A stretch of DNA of 63,956 nt, filler included, from Octopus bimaculoides (GCF_001194135.2; 6 parts of 6 records of this genome joined end to end with filler, not necessarily neighbours in it); one strand, 5' to 3'. Shown: positions 1-13,758, counted from the first letter of the whole stretch. A program made the numbers and translations. The notes: a model not told the origin generated them from the sequence alone.

Positions 1-38
1 GTGAAGTGAAAGTACGTTATAAAAATAAAACTACTGAA
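1..38 (+). mobile_element. Extreme 3' end of an R4/Dong-like non-LTR retrotransposon
   Basis: gtgaagtgaaagtacgttataaaaataaaactactgaa is almost the reverse complement of the 3'UTR end at about 62209-62246, which follows an RLE C-terminal ORF; followed by (AAT)n. Confidence 0.8.
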
Positions 39-54
39 TAATAATAATAATAAC

Positions 55-130
<76 letters not shown>
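37..130 (+). repeat. (AAT)n microsatellite
   Basis: Direct reading. Confidence 0.98.
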
Positions 131-468
131 GATGCCATGATGCAGTACCCGGCCATGTATTGAGGGGAATTCCTTGTAGTATGAGTAATACGCCTGTGGA
201 ATCATGGGTGTTTCCTTTAACACCTTTAGACAAAATTCATTCAGGAACCTGTTGAGTAGGATGAATTGCTCGAGTTAATGAACATTCTAACAGCCCAACG
301 CAACTGCATGCGCTATCTCTCTTCATATGAAATCATCATGTCGCGCACACGTGTTTGTGATGCACGCACCTAGTGTTCCCTTATCAGACTGATAGCCCTC
401 ACCGGTATATTGGGCTTCGAATATTTGTACCCAATGTCACTTTAATGGCATGCTCTACTATCGCACTC
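131..468 (+). mobile_element. Non-coding TAA-flanked element X, internally deleted copy
   Basis: Starts gatgccatgatgcagtacc, ends gtcactttaatggcatgctctactatcgcactc+aataataataa; homologous to the reverse complement of 28243-28760. Confidence 0.75.
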
Positions 469-589
469 AATAATAATAAAAACACCACCACCAACAATAA
501 TAATAATGCTAAGAATGATGATGGTGATTATATTTTTGGTAAAAAAATAAAGCAGCAATTTTAGAAGTGGCCAAATCGTGTACATAGAT

Positions 590-930
590 CCCTTTACTCA
601 ACTAGTACTTCATATTATTCACATGGAAAGGATGAAATGCAAACGTGATTTCGACAGAATTTGAACTCAGAGCGCAATGAGACGGCATTAACCATTTTAT
701 CTGACTCGCTATCTACTCCGCCAGCTCGTAGACTTTTAAACATTCCAAATTTTAGCAAAAATTCAGTAATTTGGCGGCGGAGATGGTATCAGTCAGTAAT
801 ACCAACCTTCCTATTTCAGTGGTAATTTATTTTATTGTCCCCAGTGGATATAAAAGCTAGGTCGAATTTTAGGCTATTTGAATTCAGTGCATAAATTTCA
901 TTTTCCCGACCCTCTATCGCTTCAGCCAAA
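590..930 (-). mobile_element. Two decayed copies of tRNA-derived SINE family A
   Basis: ggaaaggatgaaatgcaaa..gaatttgaactcag and related motifs match the reverse complement of the copy at 56057. Confidence 0.6.
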
Positions 931-1082
931 ATCATTTGTTGAATCTCCATATTTTTTTTCCAGTAGTTGAGAGAAAGGCAGAACGGTTGGTAACATCCAA
1001 TGTCATTTTCAAGAATTCAAAATAGGATAAGAGGAAAGAAGTTTTATCCTTTAACCGTAGACCTACTCTAAATGCTTGAATG

Positions 1083-1096
1083 AGAGCGAGCGAGCG

Positions 1097-1156
<60 letters not shown>
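1083..1156 (+). repeat. (GAGC)n(GA)n microsatellite
   Basis: Direct reading. Confidence 0.95.
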
Positions 1157-1161
<5 letters not shown>

Positions 1162-2202
1162 AGAAAGAGAGATGTCTTATGGTATCTGAATATACGGCTG
1201 GTGGTCATCAACCTGCTGACTGAATGCTATGATACACCTATCTTCGATTCGTAGAAATGAGTGTTCCCTCTACCAAAAACACGTTAAAAATTAAGTCAAT
1301 GATCAATGAATAATACAACATACGGAAAAGTCATGTTTCATTTAGAGACAACAAAGCATTGTGGATAATCAATGGGGGACTGTTTTGCACTTCAAGCATA
1401 ACCGTTCGCTGATAGCCCACGCATATTATCGAAGATCTATTCGTGATAAGCGTAACGTGATATCCTGCTTAGTGATGACTGAATCAGTGACAAACGAGGT
1501 TAGATATATTATGATATACCATACAAAAAGAAAATATTTGTAGTAGAAATTAGAAAGGAAAACCTAAATCGCTTCGTATAGCTCAAATTGATAGGGTTTC
1601 ATTGTAGAGTATCATATACGTTCACATACCAGCCAATATCTTCATTAGAGAATGGAACCCAAATCGGAATTTTATTCTATTTGGACTTACAATCCCCTTA
1701 AAATATATCATATAAGCTAAATCTATATTTCTCTTGAATATAACACTTATTCACATTATTATAGGAATATACTTTAAACATCATTGAAGTCAATAATGGT
1801 TTCCAGAAATATGAGAAAAGAAAATCGTGTAATTTTTCACATCTCTAGAATATTAAGCCCGCGTTTAATCAAAATTTTTCAATGTTAATTGCCTGTTATT
1901 GTGCATGGATTCCCTTTGACCAAACGAGTTTTCTGTATCGAACTGAATTAATCTTCATTCTTCTTTTTATGGGCCTCTTTACCAGTTTGGAGCAGGCAGA
2001 AAATAATAATATAACCTCATATCACATTTCTTATATAAATTTGGTTTTTGAATTTATGCCTGGATAACCATTCGTAAATACACTGAAATAATAAATACAT
2101 CAGCAATGAAAAACGAACAGCATGCCCGAACAATTAGAGATATGCACATATACACTAATAAGTGTGGATGCATACATAGAGATGTATGCATTGGCATCTC
2201 TC

Positions 2203-2272
<70 letters not shown>

Positions 2273-5200
2273 AATGCATACACTTCCACCCTCATACACA
2301 CNNNNNNNNNNNNNNNNNNNNNNNNNNNNNNNNNNNNNNNNNNNNNNNNNNNNNNNNNNNNNNNNNNNNNNNNNNNNNNNNNNNNNNNNNNNNNNNNNNN
2401 NNNNNNNNNNNNNNNNNNNNNNNNNNNNNNNNNNNNNNNNNNNNNNNNNNNNNNNNNNNNNNNNNNNNNNNNNNNNNNNNNNNNNNNNNNNNNNNNNNNN
2501 NNNNNNNNNNNNNNNNNNNNNNNNNNNNNNNNNNNNNNNNNNNNNNNNNNNNNNNNNNNNNNNNNNNNNNNNNNNNNNNNNNNNNNNNNNNNNNNNNNNN
2601 NNNNNNNNNNNNNNNNNNNNNNNNNNATACATACATACATACATACATACATACATAAAATACACACACCAACACAAACACACATGTACACACACACATA
2701 TATGGAATTAAGTACGTATAGAAATCTATGTACTTGTATATCTATATAGATATACACGCGCACACACGCATATCATACACGTACACACAAACACGCACAT
2801 AGATATTTATATATTCCATAAATAGAATGTCGAAAAAAAATAATACCGACAAATAAATAAAAGACCACGTAAAAATAAAACGAAGAAGTTAACAGTAAAA
2901 TAAAATAAAACAATAAAAATCACAGAAAATAAATATCCAATGAAAAATTCAAAGTTGGGAAAGTAGTAGAAATGTGAAAGGTTTAAGGTTACTGGGGGGA
3001 TAACGTTTTTATGTGATAAATTGTCAGGTCAAATTCAACATAGCGATATTTTATTTCTATGACATTTAGGTTCGATATTTCATTTTCTATTCAGGATCAT
3101 TCATTTGGAAAGGAGCCAACAGAGAAGAGCAGATTGAATTATGAATTCTATCAAAGAAGTCGTCTAAATATTTTACCGTAGACATTAGGTTTTATTACTT
3201 TCTGATCATCTCAACTCTATGGCTCGTTTGCTTTATATCGATTGAAGCATTATTTCATATTTTCGTTTAAATTACTTCCATTCTTCCGAAATATTGTTTT
3301 TCCATCACAGGTCTCCTCTCTCCTCCCTTCTTATCTTCTTCCCTCCTTGCGCTCCTCCCCTCGCTACTTGCTTCATTGCTGACTTACTGTAATTTCATTA
3401 TGTCACAACATTTGAAGTTATGGTCGCACACACGCACACGCTTACACACAGCGCGTGCACAAACACATGCATCACGCACACACACACACACAGAGATTTA
3501 TACATATATAAATATTTACTATTTACATATATGTGTATGTTTGTATGCGTGTATGTGCGTGATATAAATATATGTATTTGATATAAATGATATATGTATC
3601 ATATATTGCAAGTCTGTCTGCGTGCGCGCGAAGTGTCGGTGTGTGTGCAACACTTCATCTCTCCCTCTGTTTTAAGAATTAGGTGACTTCAGCCACGTGT
3701 ATGTGCATATATACACACACAAACACAAACTGACTTTCAAACGAAATTTCTGTCTATGAAGTTCTACACATAAGTCATTGTAAAACGCAAGGTTGTGCTC
3801 GAAGACCGCTGCCGAGAGGATAGAATGAGTCTGGAACCGTCACAGATTTGTGCGAACTGAATTGCCTCACTGGTGAGCTGACACTGTGTCCTGTAGATTT
3901 AATACAATGTTTAAGTGACATTACTCAGAATATTCAAAAGACATGACATGATCGTGGTAAACAAACGTATAGTGTTTTATTAACCTTTGTTTCATGAATT
4001 TCCATTCGACCTTAGGTCGATATCAGTTTTCAGTTTTTCTCGGTGATTGAAAACTAAGCAAAGTGAAGTACTGTTTCATCTTCATTCTGTGACACTGAGT
4101 CATAAATATTAATAACGTCTATTAATGATATATATTATTACTAATATCTATTATTAATTATAGAGATTATTAATAATAGATCCAAGATCAGAAGTATTTT
4201 CTCTGTGTAGCCGAATCAATGGTTTGAGTAATATTTCGCTTTATAAAAATGTTACCATATATTAGTATACATTTATACACATTTATTAGAGGAGCGGTGC
4301 AAATTAAAATGATTTTAACAACGGTCAACAATGGCATTCAGTCGACCTTTCATTGATTAAATATCGAATCATAATTAATTGAGTACTGAACGGGATAATA
4401 TTAAGTTTCCTATTTGGATTGAACACCTAAATTAAATATGACGTTTTATTTATGTAGTTTGTATATTTAGCAATAATATAAGTAAACATCGTTATTTATA
4501 AATAAGACAACAGTCACAAAATGTTAATTTTCTCTAAGTTTTATTTATTGGAATATAAAAATTAATGCAGATTTAATTTACCGGGTCCTCACGACAATAT
4601 CGGTATTTAACAATTATTAGTAAATGTTTGGTTTTAAGGTGGTACCAAGTCACACACGACTGTGTAAAAGACGGGTAGCATCTAGAATATTGCTAGGCGT
4701 TCACAGCACTCTATAACTAGACAAGGGTCTCTGCGGTAAAATAACCCTGGTTTTCCATTCAACGTTAGTTGACTGCAAGATCAACGATGAGCTGGGATTG
4801 AATCTGGATATTGGTGAAAGGAGTCTGCAGTTTCTTCTGGAGTCTTTCCAAATCTCATTCATATGGCAGCCATATGTGGAGGGAGAGGGATTTCTTTTTC
4901 CAAACAACTCCTATGGAGTCACTAACAACCGAACATATCCAAGATGCGCTAGGGTGATGAAACTACCCTACGCACAATCTTTTCAATTCCGTGCATTAGC
5001 AACTTGTAGAACAGGACGCGCAATTACGGTTACGCGTTGGCAAATTCCCGCTTTCCCCCGAGTTTATACAAAACATCGATGTGCCCCAACATTTGGTACA
5101 GAAGGAAAATAACTGTATCGCTGATTGGTGGCTGTAACGAAAGATGTATGATGCATTCTTCTGAAATGTTTGAAGGCAAGATTTTTTCTGGCTGGTAAAA

Positions 5201-5682
5201 CTCATATCAACAAATTCATGTACCACTTGAAAATGTATATAGAAGCATAGAAGAAGGGATGACAACTTGTATATTTATCGAAAGCTGGATAAGAGTTCCA
5301 GGAGTTGTGAGTTTGGATGGGCCAGCTTTGATTACAGCTTTTCCAGTTAGGAAGAAAGAAACAGGTAAAGGGCACTTTGATGTCTTAACGATGACTGGCT
5401 TATCCGGTTATGTTATATTCGTTTTCCGTTGAATTGCCCACAAAGGAATTCGTAGCTACTGGGGAATGTTTCTTATTGAAGATTTTGTTGCAATTTTATT
5501 TTTACACCCTTTGTTATATCATTTGTTGTATTGTTTGTTTCAATGATTTCCTTTAGATTGAAAAAAACCCCACATTTTTGTATTCTATTTGGTCCTGTTG
5601 TATAGTTCTCGATGTCTTGGATCACGATAAGCACCATCAGCACCACCACATCATCGTCAACATTATGATTATTATTATTATT

Positions 5683-5905
5683 GGTTTGACTCAGGTTCAG
5701 TCTTATTCCTGGTAGCATTAACGTGGGAAGCGGGTTAGTACCTGTAACTTTAGGTATTCGCAGGTTTTCGACAGTCTTTCAAATGCTTAGAGCTTTCCGG
5801 GTAATCTTTGCTGTCACAAAAACAAAACATTGTAGGGGCTCTATAGAGCATTCTATTCCAATTTCCTTCAGTCATTTGTCTATATCTTTGACTACTGTTC
5901 CCAAC
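5683..5905 (-). mobile_element. R4/Dong-like retrotransposon 3' fragment
   Basis: Minus strand reads LGTVVKDIDK*LKEIGIECSIEPLQCFVFVTAKITRKALSI*, then a short UTR and a (TAA)n tail at 5668-5682. Confidence 0.7.
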
Positions 5906-6459
5906 GTGTGGTTTTGTATAAGCATGTATGCGCATCTTAAGTAAAAAATGTGTTTGTGTATATAAGCATGTGAATTGGATGTCAAAATCAATAATCTTTT
6001 TGACGCCAAAGATTAACGGGACTTTTGACACAGCACGTAACCATCTTTAAAGAAGGATGTATAAATACAATTCATGGCAGTAATCCTTAGCTAGCGACCT
6101 CTTGGAAATACAGGCCAACAACGCATGTTATAAATTCATCGGTATCGTATTCAACCTATTTCATGATATTTATTATGTCATTTCATCATATTTTTGTGGC
6201 TGTATAATTAGTGCCATATTCCTTTGCTCTAGATTCTTTGTGTGCAAAGAGCAAATTCAGCTTTTACTAAAATGTGTTCTTCAGTGTATCTTCTATCAAC
6301 GACTACGTCCATCAACGTGTGCTCATATTTTGTTCTCCAGTATATTAATTTGTATCACTCTTGTGATTCACGTCTTCGTTTATCAGGCATTATTGGTTGT
6401 TAAGTACCCTCGAGCAACAACAGAAAGCATTCATTTTGCGGTTTCATAAAGTATCGCAC

Positions 6460-7455
6460 CAGCCTGATATTTTGAATAGGAAAGTTAATCGTAAGTTTCG
6501 CTCAACGAAATATACACACGTACAGTACATTCGCCTAGACCTAAGCTCCTCCTCTTATAAACCTTACTACAAGTCCAGCAAGAATATTTCTTATATACAC
6601 AGTCTTGTCACCGCTTGTGCTATTTAAAAACCTGATAGCCAACATTTGTAACAGAATATCTAACCACTCTTCCTCTCAAGAAATTTTCGAGACGGCAGAA
6701 CCGTACTAGAACAAAACTCTAGACAATAGTGGCTCTAAGGATCAATTAATATATATAACCCATCTAATAATAGTACAAATAAAAAGGATAGACCTAAAAA
6801 TACATCTAGGAGAATAATTTGGTTCGTCGCCACTCCTTTCCTTTTCCGTTCATGTTAAAACCAGCATACATAAAAGAGTCCTGGCTCGCTGAGACAAACA
6901 TTCTCCGGATAATCAAATGTACAGGAAAATATTCAACAGGCACTCAGTTAATTCATCAAATAGCTGATGCCACAATCTAAAAAAAAAAAAGAAACATCAT
7001 TACATGCAAACACCACCAAGAGTCTATTTCCAGTTGTAAATGTCGAGATTCAGGAACCTGTCCTCTCGACCAGAGAAGCATGATCAAATCCGTCATATAG
7101 AGGCAGAAGTTACAGCAACACTAGATAGTAACATAACTGGAAGAACAAACTACATCGGACTACGTGAAGGTGATTACAGAAATCTCTATGGCAACCACAT
7201 ATCTTTTTTCTGACACAGGAACAAAAGTAAAGTCACTAACTTGACTAGCCACGTATGGAGTTTGAAGTCTAACGTTACACCGCATGCAAGTCAATGCCAT
7301 ATGTCAACGGATCGCAAAAAAAAATGTAAGCTATGCGTAGCTGAAATAATAAAGATCCTTTACAGATCTAAGAATTCTACAGCACAGCTGAACTTCAGAT
7401 TTGAAATTTTAGAGCTGCTGTAAGCATGTGGGCATGTTTCTGTTAGCAAATTGGA
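6460..7455 (+). mobile_element. Penelope-like element (Neptune-type) pseudogene: RT thumb, Cys linker, GIY-YIG endonuclease
   Basis: Broken frames give LDLSSSSYKPYYK, NRISNHSSSQEIF, RRIIWF, KIFNRHSV, CKCRDSGTCPLD, NYIGLREG, SHVWSLK, CKLCVAE..LN.RFEI. Confidence 0.85.
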
Positions 7456-9837
7456 AACTACCACCCTCTCCGGATGGAGCAGCTGTACTGCAAACTCTAG
7501 ATTACTCTACTTTCAGCCTTATGCCTTTCCGGTGAAAAGGGACATAACTCAATTCCTTCATCTCGCTCTTTTTTGTTTTCTTTTTCGTTATCAGGTTTTT
7601 CAACCTTCCACCATCTTCTTTCTTCTAATCTTTTCTCGTTTTTTCTCCCATCCTATCGCCCTGGTTTTAGCTTGTTATGGATCGTGTGAAGGTATCAGAC
7701 GGGTTAAAAAACGCTGCCTGAGCAGATTTCATCGCATGAAACTACTAGTCGCTCATATAAAATATACACTGTATTTATCAAATGATATTTATCTCTCATC
7801 AGATGGATTNNNNNNNNNNNNNNNNNNNNNNNNNNNNNNNNNNNNNNNNNNNNNNNNNNNNNNNNNNNNNNNNNNNNNNNNNNNNNNNNNNNNNNNNNNN
7901 NNNNNNNNNNNNNNNNNNNNNNNNNNNNNNNNNNNNNNNNNNNNNNNNNNNNNNNNNNNNNNNNNNNNNNNNNNNNNNNNNNNNNNNNNNNNNNNNNNNN
8001 NNNNNNNNNNNNNNNNNNNNNNNNNNNNNNNNNNNNNNNNNNNNNNNNNNNNNNNNNNNNNNNNNNNNNNNNNNNNNNNNNNNNNNNNNNNNNNNNNNNN
8101 NNNNNNNNNNNNNNNNNNNNNNNNNNNNNNNNNNNNNNNNNNNNNNNNNNNNNNNNNNNNNNNNNNNNNNNNNNNNNNNNNNNNNNNNNNNNNNNNNNNN
8201 NNNNNNNNNNNNNNNNNNNNNNNNNNNNNNNNNNNNNNNNNNNNNNNNNNNNNNNNNNNNNNNNNNNNNNNNNNNNNNNNNNNNNNNNNNNNNNNNNNNN
8301 NNNNNNNNNNNNNNNNNNNNNNNNNNNNNNNNNNNNGAAAAAAAACACGCAAATACACAGCATCTGTTTAGTTGCATGTGTAATGAGCAATTTACATAGA
8401 CAGATAAAGATATTTGATTGCCTGTATATAATAACTGATGTGATGTAGAATAAAAAAATTACATAAACACATAACTGTAATTGAATCCTGTTAATTGCAA
8501 TATCATATGGCATTTGCAGAATGGTTTTCATGCTCAAAGTGCTACGGAATCAGATAAAGAATAACACCAGGAAAGGCGAAAAGAATGAAAAAGATGAAAA
8601 AATGAACGAAAGAAAGAGAGAAACAAAGAATAACAGAGTGAAAGAAAGGGTAAATTATACGCCCTAGTAAATCTTTGTTTCGAAAAAGCTGCTGAAATTA
8701 AGATTTCATGTCTAAATTAATATAACGTGCACAAACAATTCACACAGTATCGAAAATGAAATATTTATACTGAATGTATGAAGGAAAAGAACTTCCAACC
8801 TCCCTAAACTGGTCTCGCCTTTATCTATGGTGGATATGACTTAGGAGATTGCATTACAACATTTTTGCATCTATGTGAGCAAACGTACAAATGTCTTAAA
8901 TTAAATTAATGTTGTTTTTGCACTGATCTAATATGAAGATATCTTTTCCTGTTAAACAATGACAGATCAGGTTTTTCTACATTTATCATGCGTGTAAGTA
9001 AGTGCAAATGCAAGGAATAGTCATTTTAAAATACAGACATATCTAATTTGTGTTAATCTCGAAACATACTTCGAAAGTTTGATGGCAAATTTCTTATTCG
9101 TGTTACATCTCGTATTAAATTCATATTGTATTTTTTCGATTCAATTTTCGTCTACAAAACCTCGTTCACCTCCACAGTGGCAGGGTTACAGGGAAAACAG
9201 TTACCATTCAGCAGTCCGATATTAAGGGGTCTGCACTTACACATGCTCTTGGAGTTGGTTTTATTTTTGCTCGACATATGAATTGCATAAATGGAGATAA
9301 CAGGACTCAGATTTTGATGACAAGTGTAAGAAATTGTAATAACATTTCTATTAAACATCTTACGATCTTATGATCCTAAGGACTCTAATTAAATAAAGTG
9401 ATTCTAATTTAATAAACTGCTTAACTATAATTATTTAAGCTAAAGCTGGAATGAATCGGGTGGTTGTTCAACGTTTAATTTGAAGATTGTAAATTGTAGG
9501 CTTGCGTGGATATTGTGTCCCACGGCAATACGTCTTTATGAAATTGCAATGATCCACAATAGCATTCAGAACTAGGATAATGATTTTAACATTGGAGCTT
9601 AACGTATGTTTGTGCGTGCACGTGTCTATGAGTGTGAGTGTCAGAGTGTGTGTGTGGGCGCGCGCGCGTGTGTGTGTATGCGTGTGTGTATGCGTACGTA
9701 AGTGGGTGAAGGCCGTTTCGATTCCCAGATTGTCGGTGTTGGCGACAGAAGGTAATATATATTTCCTATTTCTGAAGGAGTCCTTACGCTAAAGTTAAAT
9801 ATATATATATATATCATTCCACTTTTCTCCTCCTTTG

Positions 9838-10445
9838 TACGGCCACACCTCGAATACTGCTGCCCTTTGTGGTCTCCCCACACAAAACAAAACATCTCGA
9901 GGATTGAATCACCCAGATGGCACTCACCAAATGAATTGAAGGCATGACAGATCTTAATTACTGGGACCGCCTTGAAGCCTTGAAGCTCTACTCTCTCCAG
10001 CGCCACCGCGTGCGGTACTTCATTTGTACGATGTGGAAAATATACCGCCAGCATTACCCAAACGACCTGAACATTAGTTTCAAGGTTCATCCAAGGCTGG
10101 GACCACGAGCCACACATCCTCTGCCCAATTCAGAATCACAACGTATAGGTACATTGTGGCAAAATTTCTTTTCCTCAACAGGCTCTGCCCTGTTTAACAT
10201 TGTCCCGAAACAAATAAAAGAGGAAAAGGATCCTATGAGCTTTAAACAGAGTCTAGACAGCTTTCTTCAAAGAATACTAGACAAGCCACCCATACCTGGA
10301 TACAACTCACTCAATAAGAACTCACTACTTGAATGGACCATAGATCAAACTTGACTTTAAAAAGGATTGAGATAATCCTATCAGGTGGTGCTACAAAGTT
10401 AGACATGGCCTGGACAAATCTTTGGTCGAAACAAATCTAAGTTTT
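9838..10445 (+). mobile_element. CR1-group LINE ORF2 3' fragment
   Basis: HLEYCCPLWSP, YWDRLEALKLYSLQR, ALFNIVPKQI, FKQSLDSFL, NSLLEW: typical C-terminus after the RT in CR1/L2-group LINEs. Confidence 0.85.
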
Positions 10446-11819
10446 ATGTAAGTTTTTTTTTTATATATATGTATANNNNNNNNNNNNNNNNNNNNNNNNN
10501 NNNNNNNNNNNNNNNNNNNNNNNNNNNNNNNNNNNNNNNNNNNNNNNNNNNNNNNNNNNNNNNNNNNNNNNNNNNNNNNNNNNNNNNNNNNNNNNNNNNN
10601 NNNNNNNNNNNNNNNNNNNNNNNNNNNNNNNNNNNNNNNNNNNNNNNNNNNNNNNNNNNNNNNNNNNNNNNNNNNNNNNNNNNNNNNNNNNNNNNNNNNN
10701 NNNNNNNNNNNNNNNNNNNNNNNNNNNNNNNNNNNNNNNNNNNNNNNNNNNNNNNNNNNNNNNNNNNNNNNNNNNNNNNNNNNNNNNNNNNNNNNNNNNN
10801 NNNNNNNNNNNNNNNNNNNNNNNNNNNNNNNNNNNNNNNNNNNNNNNNNNNNNNNNNNNNNNNNNNNNNNNNNNNNNNNNNNNNNNNNNNNNNNNNNNNN
10901 NNNNNNNNNNNNNNNNNNNNNNNNNNNNNNNNNNNNNNNNNNNNNNNNNNNNNNNNNNNNNNNNNNNNNNNNNNNNNNNNNNNNNNNNNNNNNNNNNNNN
11001 NNNNNNNNNNNNNNNNNNNNNNNNNNNNNNNNNNNNNNNNNNNNNNNNNNNNNNNNNNNNNNNNNNNNNNNNNNNNNNNNNNNNNNNNNNNNNNNNNNNN
11101 NNNNNNNNNNNNNNNNNNNNNNNNNNNNNNNNNNNNNNNNNNNNNNNNNNNNNNNNNNNNNNNNNNNNNNNNNNNNNNNNNNNNNNNNNNNNNNNNNNNN
11201 NNNNNNNNNNNNNNNNNNNNNNNNNNNNNNNNNNNNNNNNNNNNNNNNNNNNNNNNNNNNNNNNNNNNNNNNNNNNNNNNNNNNNNNNNNNNNNNNNNNN
11301 NNNNNNNNNNNNNNNNNNNNNNNNNNNNNNNNNNNNNNNNNNNNNNNNNNNNNNNNNNNNNNNNNNNNNNNNNNNNNNNNNNNNNNNNNNNNNNNNNNNN
11401 NNNNATAGATACATAGATAGATAGATAGATAGATAGATGGATAGATAGATACAAGAAAGGGACAAAACATCCAGATAGGCGTTAAATGAAACAAGAACAG
11501 GTCATTCGGAGTTTTCTGTCCTCCGCCGAGATCCAGATTATCCTTGCAATTTCGGCTGTTTACTCTCGATATTGCTCCAATCTGGCCAGCACCAAGGAAA
11601 AACTAAGCTAACAGCATTAGATTGCTTGGAACAAAGCCACGAATGTATACAAAAACTAGGACGAAAAAAAACGAACAATGTTAAATAAATACAATAAAAA
11701 TAATAAAGTAGGGCATAGCAACAGATGTCTTTCGACTAAGGACAAATTAAGTTCAACTGGCGTATGTGGAAATAAGGCCTTACGGCAGGAATACAACCTT
11801 TCACAGGCACTGGGAAGAA

Positions 11820-12200
11820 TAACGATGTTGCACCGTGCTCTACTGGTACTTTTCTTTTTATCAACCCCGAATGGATGAAGCACAAAATCGGACTCGGTGG
11901 AATTTTTGCTCAGAATGTAAAACGAATAACAACATCCACATAAAAAAATAAGAGGAACAAGAACAACAACTACAATAATACGAGAACAATTGTTTCAATA
12001 TTTGGCACAATGCCAGCGATTTTAGGTGGAAGTGGTTAGACGATATCATAGACTCCAGTAGTCCCGTATTTCATCGACCTTCGAATGAACTAAGGGCAAT
12101 TTTCAACTCAGCAACGTCGAAATCAGACCGTAGAATGCCTGAAGGAAAGTCACCTCAACATTTGGTACATGGCGCTGACGATTTTGGCAGCTGAACGCCT
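11820..12200 (-). mobile_element. Two decayed SINE family A copies
   Basis: ggtacttttcttttatcaaccccgaatggatgaa and cgtatttcatcgaccttcgaatgaac motifs. Confidence 0.55.
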
Positions 12201-12292
12201 TAAAAACAATATTAAAAGAACATCATCAAAACTTACCACATCAACCATAACCAAAATCGCGGCAACAATAACAACAAGAGCAACGATAACTG

Positions 12293-12324
<32 letters not shown>

Positions 12325-13212
12325 TATTCTTTTATTTATAAACGAATTCTGGGAATCCAGTGAATGTGTCGCGTTTTCTCTATTTTGGTAGTCTTTGATT
12401 TGGCGCTACAGTAATAGGAAATGTACTTCTGAGTTCTCTCGTCTGTCTTTTACGAACATTATTAAAATCACGTAACAGTTGTAATCAACTAAATTCTTTG
12501 TTCTTCTGCGTCACATTATAAATTCTTCAGTGAGTTTCTTATTTAAGTATTGAACAACATTGAAATACCCTCACTACTGTTGTCGCCAATTCAGAGTTCA
12601 TAAAAAGGATCAATTGTCATTTTGTTTCAAATAAATAAAATGCATTGATCTCAAAATTCATTTAGTTCCGTACATCCAGACTCCGTGAACTAAATCATTA
12701 TTTAACCATCAAACAGTTGTAATGGTGTTTGAAGGTTATGTCATTATTTACAGTTACGGTATGTTACCGGAATTTCAGACACTATGTCTTCGTTCGCAGC
12801 AGATGGACCGTTGTGCTGTAATCAGGCTTGAAATATCTTCCTGTACTGAAGAGATGGATCAATGATTCCGATTCCCCCTCTCCTTCGTACGCATAACGCG
12901 CGGACGATTTGCAAAGAGTTTGGTCGAGTGCTGATCATGTTTAACGGGATGACGTGTGAGAGATTTTGTTGATATGAGAAATATTTGCGTTTCGTTGTTG
13001 TTGGTGTATACTCATAGGCAGGTGATATCACGATCTCTGTTCGTGGAGTCCGGGTACACATACACCTCGATGCAGCATATCCGAAGCTTTAAATCTGCCA
13101 TATATTTATATCAATCTTTCTGTCTGCCTCCCTTTGTGTACATGCATATATGTGTGTGTGCGCGTCTCTGTGTGTGTATATCATATATTTTGCGTGTGCG
13201 TATTTGTGTGTA

Positions 13213-13470
13213 TACTCTTTACTCTTTTACTTGTTTCAGTTATTTGACTGCGGCCATGCTGGAGCACCACCTTTAGTCAAACAAATCCACCCTAGGACTT
13301 ATTCTTTGTAAGTCTAGTACTTATTCTATCGGTTTCTTATGCCGAACTGCTAAGTTACGTGGGACGTAAACACACCAGCATCGGTTGTCAAACGAAGTTG
13401 GGGGACAAACAGACAGACAAACACACACATACATATATATACACACATATATATATATATATATATATTT
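13213..13470 (-). mobile_element. SINE family B, 3' half ending in its internal (CA)/(TA) tract
   Basis: ctcttttacttgtttcagttatttgactgcggccatgctggagcaccacc matches the reverse complement of the family B tail (e.g. 52500-52560). Confidence 0.85.
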
Positions 13471-13659
13471 AAATAACGTTGACCACTAACGTGGACAATT
13501 AATGTGCTAGAAATAGATCACATCTTGTGTTTATTAAGACCTACATTGCTCTCAGCATGTAATATAGCAGTATACCAACACGTAAGCGGGCAAGACATTT
13601 AACATCACCTAAAAAAACACTATTAAACAGGTACCGCTTTCGGATTTAACAAATCTTAC

Positions 13660-13758
13660 CGATTGTCCATTCTTCTTCAGCCTGATTTGTAATGTAACCG
13701 CAATCATCAGAATCGTATACAAAGTAGCCCACCGCCATGGGTTTGCGTGTATATGGTT
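13660..13758 (-). CDS. Candidate 99-nt phase 1-1 coding exon, unknown protein
   Basis: cag|AA-PYTRKPMAVGYFVYDSDDCGYITNQAEEEWTI-G|gtaaga; non-repetitive; weak polypyrimidine tract. Confidence 0.25.

Noticed and set aside
2054-2763. Long ORFs made of X, or of HT/CV/YI/poly-L/S/I/Y runs (here and across the track)
   Set aside because: Produced by N gaps and microsatellites, not coding
5950-6450. Possible decayed hAT transposase on the minus strand
   Set aside because: Only vague spacing similarity with many stops; cannot be supported by eye
12822-13061. RRRGGIGIIDP as an RT-thumb GGLG motif
   Set aside because: Surrounding residues do not fit any LINE RT context
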